Positions 19,930 to 28,371 of a DNA stretch of 64,000 nucleotides are shown here, piece by piece (position 1 is the first letter of the stretch; every line of letters starts with the position of its first letter). This DNA comes from Patescibacteria group bacterium (GTDB lineage: Bacteria > Patescibacteriota > Minisyncoccia > Phycocordibacterales > Phycocordibacteraceae). The notes under the pieces are model-generated. The model was given only the letters and a program-made list of their open reading frames with translations, had not been told where the DNA came from and did not search any database. The DNA lies in NCBI GenBank assembly GCA_019752595.1, contig JAIELV010000001.1:248486-312485 (forward strand), given 5' to 3'. The translations under genes were made by a program, and so were the position numbers.

Positions 19930-21117
19930 CTACCCTAAAGCACCGAATTTTTTACCCGCAACAGAAAATGCGAGCACTGCCTTCTGTATGTCCTCTTTTG
20001 TGTGCGCTGCTGAAATTTGCACTCTGATACGTGCCTTGCCCTTAGGAACAACGGGGAAACTGAAGCCAATAACGTATATACCCTCTCCCATGAGTTCCTT
20101 GGCCATATCAGCTGCTAGGCGGTCCTCAGGGAGCATAATTGGTGTAATTGGATGTTCTGCGTCAGATACGCTAAAACCTGCTTTTTTCATCTCTTCACGG
20201 AAGAATTTTGTATTCTCCCAGAGTTGCTCACGTATCTCGGGGTGTTTCTGAATATGTTCTAAAACGAACAATGAAACCCCTGCAATTCCTGTATCAAGTG
20301 CGTTTGAGAAAAGGTACGTACGGGAACGTTGACGCAGATATTCAGCAACCTCTTTTCTGGTGGCAGTAAACGCACCACCTGCGCCACCGAGAGCCTTGCC
20401 ATAAGTACCCGTAATGAAATCAACGCGACCCATAACTCCTGCATGTTCATGTGTTCCTCTTCCAGTTTTTCCCATCACCCCCGTTGCGTGCGCGTCATCC
20501 ACAAACACCAAAGCGTTATATTGATCTGCTAAATCGCAAATTTCTTTGAGTGGGGCTACATGTCCATCCATTGAAAATACTCCGTCGGTTACGATAACTT
20601 TCAAACGCTTTCCCGTGACTGTTTTTAATTTTTCTTCCAAATCTGCCATGTCCATGTGCTTATAAATCAATCGTTCGGACTTTGTCAGGCGAATGGCATC
20701 GATAATCGAGGCGTGGTTTAACTCATCGGTAATTATTGCGTCTTCATCAGTAAAAAACGTCTGAAACAGGCCGACGTTTGCCATGAAGCAAGAAGAATAC
20801 AGAACTGCATCTTCTGTCCCTAAAAATTCTGCAGTCTTTTTCTCAAGCTCTTTATGTATTGTTTGAGTCCCGCAAATAAAACGCACAGACGCCAGTCCGA
20901 ACCCCCACCTTTTTATTGCAGCGTCTGATGCTAACCCTAACTCTTCTGTGCCCGAGAGGCCTAAATAATTGTTCGCACAAAAGTTGAGAAGTTTTTTACC
21001 ATCGACGACAATCTCCCTCCCCTGGGGAGAATCAATAACCCGCTCTTCTTTCCAAATCCCAGCATCACGAATTGCCTTGAGCTCTTTCTCTAAAATCGGT
21101 TTCAATGCGTCGTACAT
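19930..21117 (-). CDS. kbl: 2-amino-3-ketobutyrate CoA ligase (glycine C-acetyltransferase)
   Basis: Class II PLP aminotransferase of the AONS/KBL subfamily (NNYLGLSG, SMDGHVAPL with the PLP lysine context). Adjacent to tdh. Confidence 0.85.
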   Translation of the reverse strand: MYDALKPILEKELKAIRDAGIWKEERVIDSPQGREIVVDGKKLLNFCANNYLGLSGTEELGLASDAAIKRWGFGLASVRFICGTQTIHKELEKKTAEFLGTEDAVLYSSCFMANVGLFQTFFTDEDAIITDELNHASIIDAIRLTKSERLIYKHMDMADLEEKLKTVTGKRLKVIVTDGVFSMDGHVAPLKEICDLADQYNALVFVDDAHATGVMGKTGRGTHEHAGVMGRVDFITGTYGKALGGAGGAFTATRKEVAEYLRQRSRTYLFSNALDTGIAGVSLFVLEHIQKHPEIREQLWENTKFFREEMKKAGFSVSDAEHPITPIMLPEDRLAADMAKELMGEGIYVIGFSFPVVPKGKARIRVQISAAHTKEDIQKAVLAFSVAGKKFGALG

Positions 21118-21119
21118 GG

Positions 21120-22313
21120 TTATCCGTTTATTTTGAAGAGGATCTTGGGATTTTCACTCATCGCCTTTTCAAAACTCTCAGGAGTAAAAGACTTAAAATC
21201 AAGAATTGTCGCTCTGCCCTCTTTAAGAATCGTTTTCCAAATAGCATCTTGTATACCGTTTGTTTTATCTTGTAAGACGCGCTGAGCAATCTGCCAGGTA
21301 CGAAAAATCTGACGTCCGATGATGTTGTGAATCGTTAATCCTCGAACCACAACTCTAGAGAATTTAGGAATTACCAAATCGCCGTCCTTAATGCCGAAGA
21401 AGATAACATTCCCCCCTCTTCTGGTTGCATCTATGCAGTTGTTAACGGAGGAAAACGGGCCTGCCATTTCCATTGAAACGTCCACACCCTTACCATACGT
21501 AAGTTCCATAATCCGTGAAATTACTTCAGGATCGGAATCCCACTCATTCGTCTTTTCTTTCTTTTGAATTTGAATAGTTTCGTGTGCGCCCAACTCTTTG
21601 GCAATGCGTAGATTTTCTGGATTCACGTCAACGGCTATCACTTTCGCAGCACCAAAGTTTCGCGCCAAAAGAACAGAAAAAAGTCCCACGGGCCCACAGC
21701 CGAATACGGCGACACGCTGACCGCGCAAATCAACCGCGGTAGCTGAATGAACGGCATTCCCGAACGGATCGTAAATTGCTGCAATTTCAGGACGAACGCG
21801 AGTTGTGTCCACTGGCCACAAATTCTTTGCTGGCACTTTCACATATTCAGCAAAAATACCGTCGATAGAAATGCCGAGGATTGCTTCGTTCAAGCACACC
21901 TCTCCTTCGCCTAACCGACACTGGTAACAACGCCCGCAGGTGATATGGGAATCGCCAGATACCACGCTCCCTACTTCTACTTTCGCTTTATTTTGTGGGT
22001 CAGGATCGTGATACAACCGATGAACCATCGAGCCGACTTGGATTATCTCTCCAACAAATTCGTGGCCTGTGATGCGCACTTTCTTACCCTCTTTTGCGAG
22101 AGAGTCATGCACCATGTCTTTAAATGCTGTTCGATGCCACAATCCGCGATCTGAGCCACACACTCCTGCGTATTTGATTTTGAGTATGACTGAAAGCGCA
22201 TCTTCGGGATTTTTCGTCTCATCCAAAACAGGCATTGGCACTTCTTCCATCTGAAAACCCTTCTTCTCCCAACCGTTCTCAAGGTTAAGCGTCAGTGCTT
22301 TGACGGTATTCAT
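21120..22313 (-). CDS. tdh: L-threonine 3-dehydrogenase (Zn-dependent MDR family)
   Basis: Zn-ADH motifs GVCGSDRGLWH and GHEFVGEI, plus the Rossmann fold VAVFGCGPVGL. It sits directly upstream of kbl. Confidence 0.85.
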   Translation of the reverse strand: MNTVKALTLNLENGWEKKGFQMEEVPMPVLDETKNPEDALSVILKIKYAGVCGSDRGLWHRTAFKDMVHDSLAKEGKKVRITGHEFVGEIIQVGSMVHRLYHDPDPQNKAKVEVGSVVSGDSHITCGRCYQCRLGEGEVCLNEAILGISIDGIFAEYVKVPAKNLWPVDTTRVRPEIAAIYDPFGNAVHSATAVDLRGQRVAVFGCGPVGLFSVLLARNFGAAKVIAVDVNPENLRIAKELGAHETIQIQKKEKTNEWDSDPEVISRIMELTYGKGVDVSMEMAGPFSSVNNCIDATRRGGNVIFFGIKDGDLVIPKFSRVVVRGLTIHNIIGRQIFRTWQIAQRVLQDKTNGIQDAIWKTILKEGRATILDFKSFTPESFEKAMSENPKILFKING

Positions 22314-22395
22314 TGCTCTATTCTATACCAGAGCGAGAGAGAAAAGTAACAAAACCCCGCCTTGCTGGCGAAACATCACTCCGCCCGTCCACAAA

Positions 22396-22421
22396 GCAAA
22401 AAACCTGTCGCAGGACAGGTG
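22396..22421 (-). terminator. Rho-independent terminator downstream of tRNA-Ala
   Basis: On the minus strand: ACCTGTC-CTGC-GACAGGT hairpin followed by TTTTTT. Confidence 0.5.
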
Positions 22422-22433
22422 TTTTGGTCTTTG

Positions 22434-22506
22434 TGGACCCTATCGGATTCGAACCGATGACCTCCTCATTGCAAATGAGGCGCTCTACCAACTAAGCTAA
22501 GGGCCC
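22434..22506 (-). tRNA. tRNA-Ala (anticodon UGC), with the G3:U70 identity pair
   Basis: Reverse complement gives a 73-nt cloverleaf: acceptor GGGCCCT/AGGGTCC with G3:U70, anticodon loop TTTGCAA, T-loop TTCGAAT. Confidence 0.85.
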
Positions 22507-22515
22507 TTTTCAGGG

Positions 22516-22848
22516 CTATGTGATTCTATCAACTTTTGCAGCTAAAATAAAGTCGTTTTCCGATAGACCATTAATTGCATCTGTGGTCAAAAATACACTC
22601 ACTTTCCCCCACTGAACCGTCAACACAGGGTGGTGACCCTCCTCTTCTGCAAGTTCTCCCACTTTGTCAGCAAACGTAATGGCTTCTTTAAAATTTTTGA
22701 AGATGAATTTTCTAGAAATTGAAAGTCCATCATCCGAAACGTTCCATTCAGGCACTTCAGGTTGATACGTTGCTATCTGCTCACGTGTCAGCGGTGGAAT
22801 ACCGCCTTCACATGCAACACATTTTTTATCTGTTAGATGAATGTTCAT
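22516..22848 (-). CDS. pterin-4a-carbinolamine dehydratase (PCD/DCoH)
   Basis: EEGHHPVLTVQWGKVSVFLTTDAINGLS matches the PCD signature. Confidence 0.8.
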   Translation of the reverse strand: MNIHLTDKKCVACEGGIPPLTREQIATYQPEVPEWNVSDDGLSISRKFIFKNFKEAITFADKVGELAEEEGHHPVLTVQWGKVSVFLTTDAINGLSENDFILAAKVDRIT

Positions 22849-22868
22849 TGTGCAAGTCTGCCGTGCTG

Positions 22869-22898
22869 ATAACTGATATGATATATCATATCAGTGAT
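22869..22898. repeat. Palindromic element copy A (ATAACTGATATGATATATCATATCAGtGAT, 29 of 30 identical to copies B and C), 25 bp upstream of the PCD start
   Basis: The core CTGATATGATATATCATATCAG (22873-22894) is a perfect 22-bp palindrome. Confidence 0.9.
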
Positions 22899-22900
22899 TA

Positions 22901-23878
22901 TTATGTACGGCGTTTATTCTCTATAGCGTATTTAATAATATGGTCCAAAAACTCTTCATAAGAAATGCCCACCGCAGCGAGTGATTTGGGCAACAAAGAC
23001 TCTTTTGTAAGACCCACACCTGCCGCGCTGTTTGTTTCCAAAAAATATACTCCACGCGGACTCACCATAAAATCGGATCGAGAATAGCCACTCTGACCAA
23101 GCGCTTCATGCGCAAGCTTCGCGAGTCGTTGAATTTCTGCAGTTTCTTCTTTAGAAAAATTTCCAGGAACTCGCTCCACTGTTTCTCCGTTGTATTTTAC
23201 TTCACGGTCAAAAAAGGCGGCTTTCGGCGGAGGAACAATTTCAATAGGAAGTAGGCTGTAAATCTTCTCGCCTCGTAACCCCTCCACAACCCCTGCGGTC
23301 GCTTCTTTCCCTTTTATATACTCTTCTACCAACACCGAAGAGGAGTGTTCAAAAGCCTTTCGAACACCTTCCATAAATTCTTCAAAGGTTTTTGCCAAAG
23401 TCATACCAACGGAAGAGCCTGCAGATGCTGGCTTCACGATGACAGGCGGAGAGAACGAGCGGAATGCGTCGCGAGCTTCTTTTTCGAGATCTGGGCTCAC
23501 CTTCAAAACTTTGTGGCGAGGCATGCGCACACCCTCTTTCGCAAGCACTTCCTTCGAGAGTGGTTTATTCAAAGAAAGTGCTGCGGCGTAAGCTCCTGCG
23601 CCTGTATACGGAATACCAATGCGGTCTAAAATCCTCTGGACGCTCCCATCCTCTCCGTATTGCCCGTGAAGCACGTTAATTGCCACATCTGCGTCCAAAA
23701 GTGCTCTATCGGGCGAGAGAGGAATACCGCGCGCATGCCACACTCCTTCTTTGTCGATAAATATGTCAAGTGGTCGGTACGGCTCCCGTTGCAGTTTTTC
23801 CAAAATATTAGCCCCCGTTAAAAGCGAAATATCATGCTCACTAGAAGGACCTCCGCGAAGTACTGCAACTTTTATCAT
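22901..23878 (-). CDS. ddl: D-alanine--D-alanine ligase
   Basis: ATP-grasp Ddl family. MIKVAVLRGGPSSEHDISLLTG is Ddl-like at the N-terminus, and the C-terminal ATP-grasp motifs are present. Confidence 0.9.
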   Translation of the reverse strand: MIKVAVLRGGPSSEHDISLLTGANILEKLQREPYRPLDIFIDKEGVWHARGIPLSPDRALLDADVAINVLHGQYGEDGSVQRILDRIGIPYTGAGAYAAALSLNKPLSKEVLAKEGVRMPRHKVLKVSPDLEKEARDAFRSFSPPVIVKPASAGSSVGMTLAKTFEEFMEGVRKAFEHSSSVLVEEYIKGKEATAGVVEGLRGEKIYSLLPIEIVPPPKAAFFDREVKYNGETVERVPGNFSKEETAEIQRLAKLAHEALGQSGYSRSDFMVSPRGVYFLETNSAAGVGLTKESLLPKSLAAVGISYEEFLDHIIKYAIENKRRT

Positions 23879-23922
23879 CTCAGTATTCTAACCCACGCAA
23901 AAACCAATCGGTTTCTGAAACT

Positions 23923-25152
23923 CTACATCCTTTTCCTCAGTGCCCTGCGATGCCGATTAATTGCAAATCGGTGCGCTTCAGCATTTGCTAAAAGTATCGA
24001 TGATTCATGCACATTTCTCACTGTAGGCGCACCCAAGATATTTTTTGGCTTATGGCGTTCGTCTTTCACCACAGAAACAACCTCCGCGTCCCCCATTCCA
24101 GCAAGTTTTAAAAAGGCTTTCGCGTGCTTTAAATGCGTTGCCCCGCCGTCAATTACTACTACCTGCGGATACTGCCATTCACGATGTTTAGCTCTACGCT
24201 CAATCACTTCAGAAAGTGCGGCAATATCATCTCCCGCTTTCGCCTTGCGTATCGTAAACGTTCTGTATTCTTTTGATTCAAGTTCGCCATCAATAACAAC
24301 AGTCATAACCCCCCGAGTTGCATCACCACGTATATGGGCTATGTCGTATGCCTCAATCCTGAAAGATGCCGTCTCAGGAGTTCGGTACTCTTCTTTGATG
24401 AGCGTGACATCACGTATGTGCTCAAGCGCGAACACTTGGCGCTTCAGAATCTCAGCCTCTTCAAACCTTTCACCTTTTGCCGCGTGTGCCATTGCACGCT
24501 TCAATGACTGTACGAGAGAGCGTTTTTTGCCATCGAAAAGTTCACACACGTATTTCACTGTTTTGACGTATGCGTTTTCGTCCATGTCGGACGGATACAA
24601 TCCTATTGATTGATTGAATGTTACATGTTTCGCCTGTGCGGGAGTGAGAGAGGAAGTTATAGGAAACGGAGTATCGAAAAATGGGAATATTTTCCTTACT
24701 ATTTTTAATGCTTCGCGTAATTGAGCGGCGCTCAGGAACGGCCCAAAAAGTTTTTTAATTTTTGATGGGGGGAATGTTGCGGAGAGTTCCCGTTCTCTGA
24801 CTACCAGGAAACGCGGGTAGCGCTCTTTGGTTACCACCAAATATGCAAAACTTTTGTTGTCCTTTTGGTCGGTGTTTCCAGGGGGAAGAAGTTTTTTGAT
24901 GAGTTTTGCTTCAAGAATAAGCGCCTCTAACACGGAGTCGGTTTCTTCTACTGAAACAGAAAACGCATCACGAACGACTTTTTCAATCAGCGGACTCCGC
25001 ACGTCAGCAATGTCATTCGCAAAATAACTTTTTATCCTATCTCGAAGTGACGTGGCTTTGCCGACATAGAGCGCCTTCCCTTCTTCGGTTTTAAACTGAT
25101 ATACACCAGGAGCGTCAGGAACTTCTTTCCAATTAATATCGGCTTTCTTCAT
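23923..25152 (-). CDS. uvrC: UvrC-like excinuclease, short form (GIY-YIG, UVR and RNaseH-like endonuclease domains, no C-terminal HhH2)
   Basis: GIY-YIG GVYQFKTEEGKALYVGKATSLRDR, UVR motif ERFEEAEILKRQVFALE, endonuclease EAYDIAHIRGDATRGVMTVV. Ends at 409 aa. Confidence 0.75.
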   Translation of the reverse strand: MKKADINWKEVPDAPGVYQFKTEEGKALYVGKATSLRDRIKSYFANDIADVRSPLIEKVVRDAFSVSVEETDSVLEALILEAKLIKKLLPPGNTDQKDNKSFAYLVVTKERYPRFLVVRERELSATFPPSKIKKLFGPFLSAAQLREALKIVRKIFPFFDTPFPITSSLTPAQAKHVTFNQSIGLYPSDMDENAYVKTVKYVCELFDGKKRSLVQSLKRAMAHAAKGERFEEAEILKRQVFALEHIRDVTLIKEEYRTPETASFRIEAYDIAHIRGDATRGVMTVVIDGELESKEYRTFTIRKAKAGDDIAALSEVIERRAKHREWQYPQVVVIDGGATHLKHAKAFLKLAGMGDAEVVSVVKDERHKPKNILGAPTVRNVHESSILLANAEAHRFAINRHRRALRKRM

Positions 25153-25203
25153 TCACGAGAATAGTACACTATTCCGCTCTTCTTAAAACTGGCGCTCGAA
25201 TAC

Positions 25204-26622
25204 TTATATTTCTTCGAACGTTGGCAATATTTTGATAGTAGCGGAGCGAGTGACAGGTAAACCTCCAAGATCGGTACATGAAAGCCTATACGTTACTTCG
25301 CTGTTGATAGCGCTCGTTGTCTTTGTTCCTGACGCTCCCGAAAGTGTCCATGAATCACCGTTTCCTGAAAGTGTGCACGAACCCGCCTGCACATCGACAA
25401 CGCTCCAGGTAAGAACCGTGGTCGTTCCTGGACGCACTGAGCGCGCAGTAGGCACAAGTGTCAGTTGTGCGTCAGCCGATGATTCGCTGTCATCAGCAAG
25501 AGAGCTACACTGCGGATCAAAACCTGCTCCAATGCCATAATCTTCAAAAGTATCACCGTCGTTGTCGATGCCGTCTTCGCACTCTTTCGGATTGTACTCA
25601 TCATTGTCAGAAGAGCTGGTGCATCCGCGATCGCCAGGAGGAACGGGATAATCGAGCTTGCCGTCACCGTCGTTGTCGATGCCGTCTTCACATTGTGCTG
25701 GATTTGCTTCGCTAGTATCGGCAAGCGATACACAACCAGAATCGTTGTTGACACCAAAACCAAAGTCTATTTTTGTATCTCCGTCATTGTCATTCCCATC
25801 AGAACATGCGGGATTTGCAGGATCGGTTTCATTATCGTCGGATGCGTTAATACAACCTGGGTCGGGATTACCACCACCAAAGTCTACTTTCCCGTCTCCG
25901 TCGTTGTCGACACTGTCTGCACATTGCGCAACGGTAGATGTTGTCTCGGAATCGTCCTGCGCGTTTATACAACCTGGATCTCCTCCAGAAAAATCAGTTA
26001 GACCGTCGCTGTCGTTGTCGATGCCGTCCGCGCATTGCGCAGGTGTTTCTCGACAGGCAACGCCAGAGCCAACAACGCCGTACGTAGGACCCTTGAACGA
26101 AAGCCAGCCGACAGTAGAGGTGTCAGCATCTGAACCGCCTCCCCATGCGTATCCTTCCCACGAACATCCAACCGCTTTTACCTGGTGCCCAGTTCCTGCA
26201 AGATGGAGCCACCCGCCCCACCCACCGATTTCTTGCGATGCTCCAGCACCCGCAATCGCGCGTGCCCATCCAGATGCTAAACCTGTTGTTTTATTAAAAC
26301 GCGCTTCGCATGGAGAGGTAGGGCAACCCGCAAGATCTGCAGAATTAAAAGATACCCAGCCAGCGTTTGAAGACCATGCGTAGCCTGACATTAAGCCACT
26401 CGTGTCAACTTTTACTCCGTAGTTTGTGGAGGCGCACGATCCTGCGGTGGTGCAGTTCATCGAAACCCACCCAATTGTTGAAGACCAGCCGTATCCTGAG
26501 AGATTATCTGTTGATGCTGCACGCACCATATGCACCGCGCCCCACACCGAAACAGCGAACAACGCGAAAAGAAAAAGTCCGAGGAGAAAACGGCCACGTG
26601 CTATTTGAAAAATATTTTGCAT
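25204..26622 (-). CDS. secreted repeat protein: N-terminal G(Y/W)AWSxxxGW(V/L)SF repeats followed by at least six Cys/Asp-rich C-x-DG-x-DND-x-DG calcium-binding-like repeats
   Basis: Signal peptide, then repeats such as CADGIDNDSDG, CADSVDNDGDGKVD, CSDGNDNDGDTKID, CEDGIDNDGDGKLD and CEDGIDNDGDTFED. These resemble thrombospondin-type-3 or MopE-like metal-binding motifs. The coding DNA shows matching tandem periodicity. Confidence 0.6.
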   Translation of the reverse strand: MQNIFQIARGRFLLGLFLFALFAVSVWGAVHMVRAASTDNLSGYGWSSTIGWVSMNCTTAGSCASTNYGVKVDTSGLMSGYAWSSNAGWVSFNSADLAGCPTSPCEARFNKTTGLASGWARAIAGAGASQEIGGWGGWLHLAGTGHQVKAVGCSWEGYAWGGGSDADTSTVGWLSFKGPTYGVVGSGVACRETPAQCADGIDNDSDGLTDFSGGDPGCINAQDDSETTSTVAQCADSVDNDGDGKVDFGGGNPDPGCINASDDNETDPANPACSDGNDNDGDTKIDFGFGVNNDSGCVSLADTSEANPAQCEDGIDNDGDGKLDYPVPPGDRGCTSSSDNDEYNPKECEDGIDNDGDTFEDYGIGAGFDPQCSSLADDSESSADAQLTLVPTARSVRPGTTTVLTWSVVDVQAGSCTLSGNGDSWTLSGASGTKTTSAINSEVTYRLSCTDLGGLPVTRSATIKILPTFEEI

Positions 26623-26631
26623 ATACCTGAT

Positions 26632-27234
26632 TTATTGCATTAAAACGCTGCCACCATACCCTGATTCGTAGGCTCCTTCGTACCCTGCTTGATAATTCCC
26701 TTGAGAATAGGCAGGGGCAAAAGGACTTGTTCTCCATATTGTTCCTGGAGAAACGACAACAGAACCTGTGCATGAAAGTCTGGAATAGGTACAGTATTTC
26801 CAACCCGCACAGTCAGCGCTCGAGACCCACGAGCAGTGTGCCCAACTCATAGGAATCCACCCTGCGCTTATTTCTGCTGCTGAAAGAACACATCCGACGC
26901 CAACAGGAGTTCTATCCCCAGGATCTTGATTCTGTTTCACCATGATGTTCAAGGAGCATGTTGCAGGTTGTGCAATCCACGACCACTCAGTAATACAACT
27001 CTCACCAATACAAAAACCGTCTGTTGCTCCTATCGCGTCGGCCCAAAAACTGCCTTTCTTCTCTTGGTACGTGAGACTCGAATCAATAAGTGCTGGTGGA
27101 TTCCCTCCAGGAGGAAGCGCGAGAGAGTTTGAATAGTTTGCAGCGAACGCCGAGGTACCCAAAACCAAAAGGCTCAAAAAAACAGTGAGTGTGTTTCTCA
27201 GAATGCTTCCAGTTTTTTGTGAAGTCTGTTGCAT
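26632..27234 (-). CDS. secreted Cys-rich protein, paralog 1 of a tandem triplet
   Basis: Sec signal peptide with an AFA|AN cleavage site. Shared blocks: FWADAIGATDGFCIGESCI, GVGC, AGW, SW-HC-WVS-DC, YC-Y-LSCTGSV. C-terminal Gly/Tyr-rich tail. Confidence 0.55.
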   Translation of the reverse strand: MQQTSQKTGSILRNTLTVFLSLLVLGTSAFAANYSNSLALPPGGNPPALIDSSLTYQEKKGSFWADAIGATDGFCIGESCITEWSWIAQPATCSLNIMVKQNQDPGDRTPVGVGCVLSAAEISAGWIPMSWAHCSWVSSADCAGWKYCTYSRLSCTGSVVVSPGTIWRTSPFAPAYSQGNYQAGYEGAYESGYGGSVLMQ

Positions 27235-27240
27235 AGGTTT

Positions 27241-27756
27241 TTATCGAGTTACCGTGCCAGGTGCAATGGTGACAGACCCCCCACACACCAAGCGTGTAAA
27301 GGAACAGTATTGAGGACCAGAACAGTCACGACTACGAACGCTTGTACAGTGGTCCCAGCTTCCAACAATCCATCCTGCAGCTGCATCAGCACTCGAAACT
27401 GTGCATCCGATACCTACCGTGTAACTGCTTTGCGGATCTTGGTTTTGGATTTTCTTTGTTTCAAGGTGACACGGTGAGCCTGTGGAACCTGCGGGCCAGG
27501 AGTTTATACAACTCTCACCAATACAATATCCATCGTTTGAACCTATTGAATCAGCCCAAAAATCTCCTGTTTTTGTTTGGTCAGTACTGCCTACGTTCAA
27601 CGGTGCATTCACGTTGCCCACAGGTGGGTTTGAGCCAGGTTCGGAAAAATTCGCCGCAGAAACGATACCAAACACCAACAAAAAACCGAATAGAGCAACA
27701 ACTACGTCTTTCACGAGTGAGACTGCGGCAACTTTGATGGTGTTATTTTGAATCAT
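27241..27756 (-). CDS. secreted Cys-rich protein, paralog 2 (start re-assigned to the internal ATG at 27756)
   Basis: MIQNNTIKVAAVSLV, then signal peptide VSA|ANFSEPGSNPPVGNV and FWADSIGSNDGYCIGESCI. The longer ORF runs antisense into paralog 3's Gly-rich tail, which is an artefact. Confidence 0.55.
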   Translation of the reverse strand: MIQNNTIKVAAVSLVKDVVVALFGFLLVFGIVSAANFSEPGSNPPVGNVNAPLNVGSTDQTKTGDFWADSIGSNDGYCIGESCINSWPAGSTGSPCHLETKKIQNQDPQSSYTVGIGCTVSSADAAAGWIVGSWDHCTSVRSRDCSGPQYCSFTRLVCGGSVTIAPGTVTR

Positions 27757-27760
27757 ATGT

Positions 27761-28357
27761 TTATTGAGTAGTGTCGGAGAATCCACCACCACCGTCTCCT
27801 CCTCCGCCACCGCCACCGCCACCATAAGAACCTTGCGAGTACTGTGGTACGTAATTCTCCTGTGTCACAATTCCTGGCTCAATAACCACATTGCCCGTGC
27901 ATGAAACCTGCTGGTATACGCAGTAATATGGCCACGCGCAGTCTGAACTTCGGACCGACGTGCAGTAGTCCCAACTCACCAATGTCCATCCTGCGGCGGT
28001 TTCTTGTGCGGAAGGAATACATCCGACACCCATTGCGCCAGGGTTATGGTCTTCACGAATCATAGTGTTTAGCTGACATGAAGAACCTGCCGCGCCTGCA
28101 GGCCATGCGGTAATACAACTTGCGCCGATACAGAAGCCGTCTGTTGCGCCTATTGAATCAGCCCAAAAATCTCCTGTCTTTTCCTGGTATTCAACGCCCG
28201 CATTCACTGGTGGTGCCACATTCCCCGCGGGTGGGTTGGTCGAGGGTTCAGTCATATTTGCCGCATACGCCACACCCGCAATGACGGATGCACAGACAAG
28301 AACTCCGAGTACTAGACGAAGACTTTCTCTAAAAAAACTTTTTAAAAATGCCGACAT
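27761..28357 (-). CDS. secreted Cys-rich protein, paralog 3
   Basis: Signal AYA|ANMTEPSTNPPAGNV and FWADSIGATDGFCIGASCI. C-terminal poly-Gly tail GGGGGGGGGDGGGG. Confidence 0.55.
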   Translation of the reverse strand: MSAFLKSFFRESLRLVLGVLVCASVIAGVAYAANMTEPSTNPPAGNVAPPVNAGVEYQEKTGDFWADSIGATDGFCIGASCITAWPAGAAGSSCQLNTMIREDHNPGAMGVGCIPSAQETAAGWTLVSWDYCTSVRSSDCAWPYYCVYQQVSCTGNVVIEPGIVTQENYVPQYSQGSYGGGGGGGGGDGGGGFSDTTQ

Positions 28358-28371
28358 GCAAAACGTGCAGT

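Noticed and set aside
26632-28357. A diversity-generating retroelement (TR/VR pair) as the explanation for the three similar Cys-rich genes
   Set aside because: No reverse transcriptase ORF is nearby. Similarity between the copies runs across whole genes at protein level, with ordinary divergence. It is not a localised adenine-specific mismatch pattern between a template and a variable repeat.
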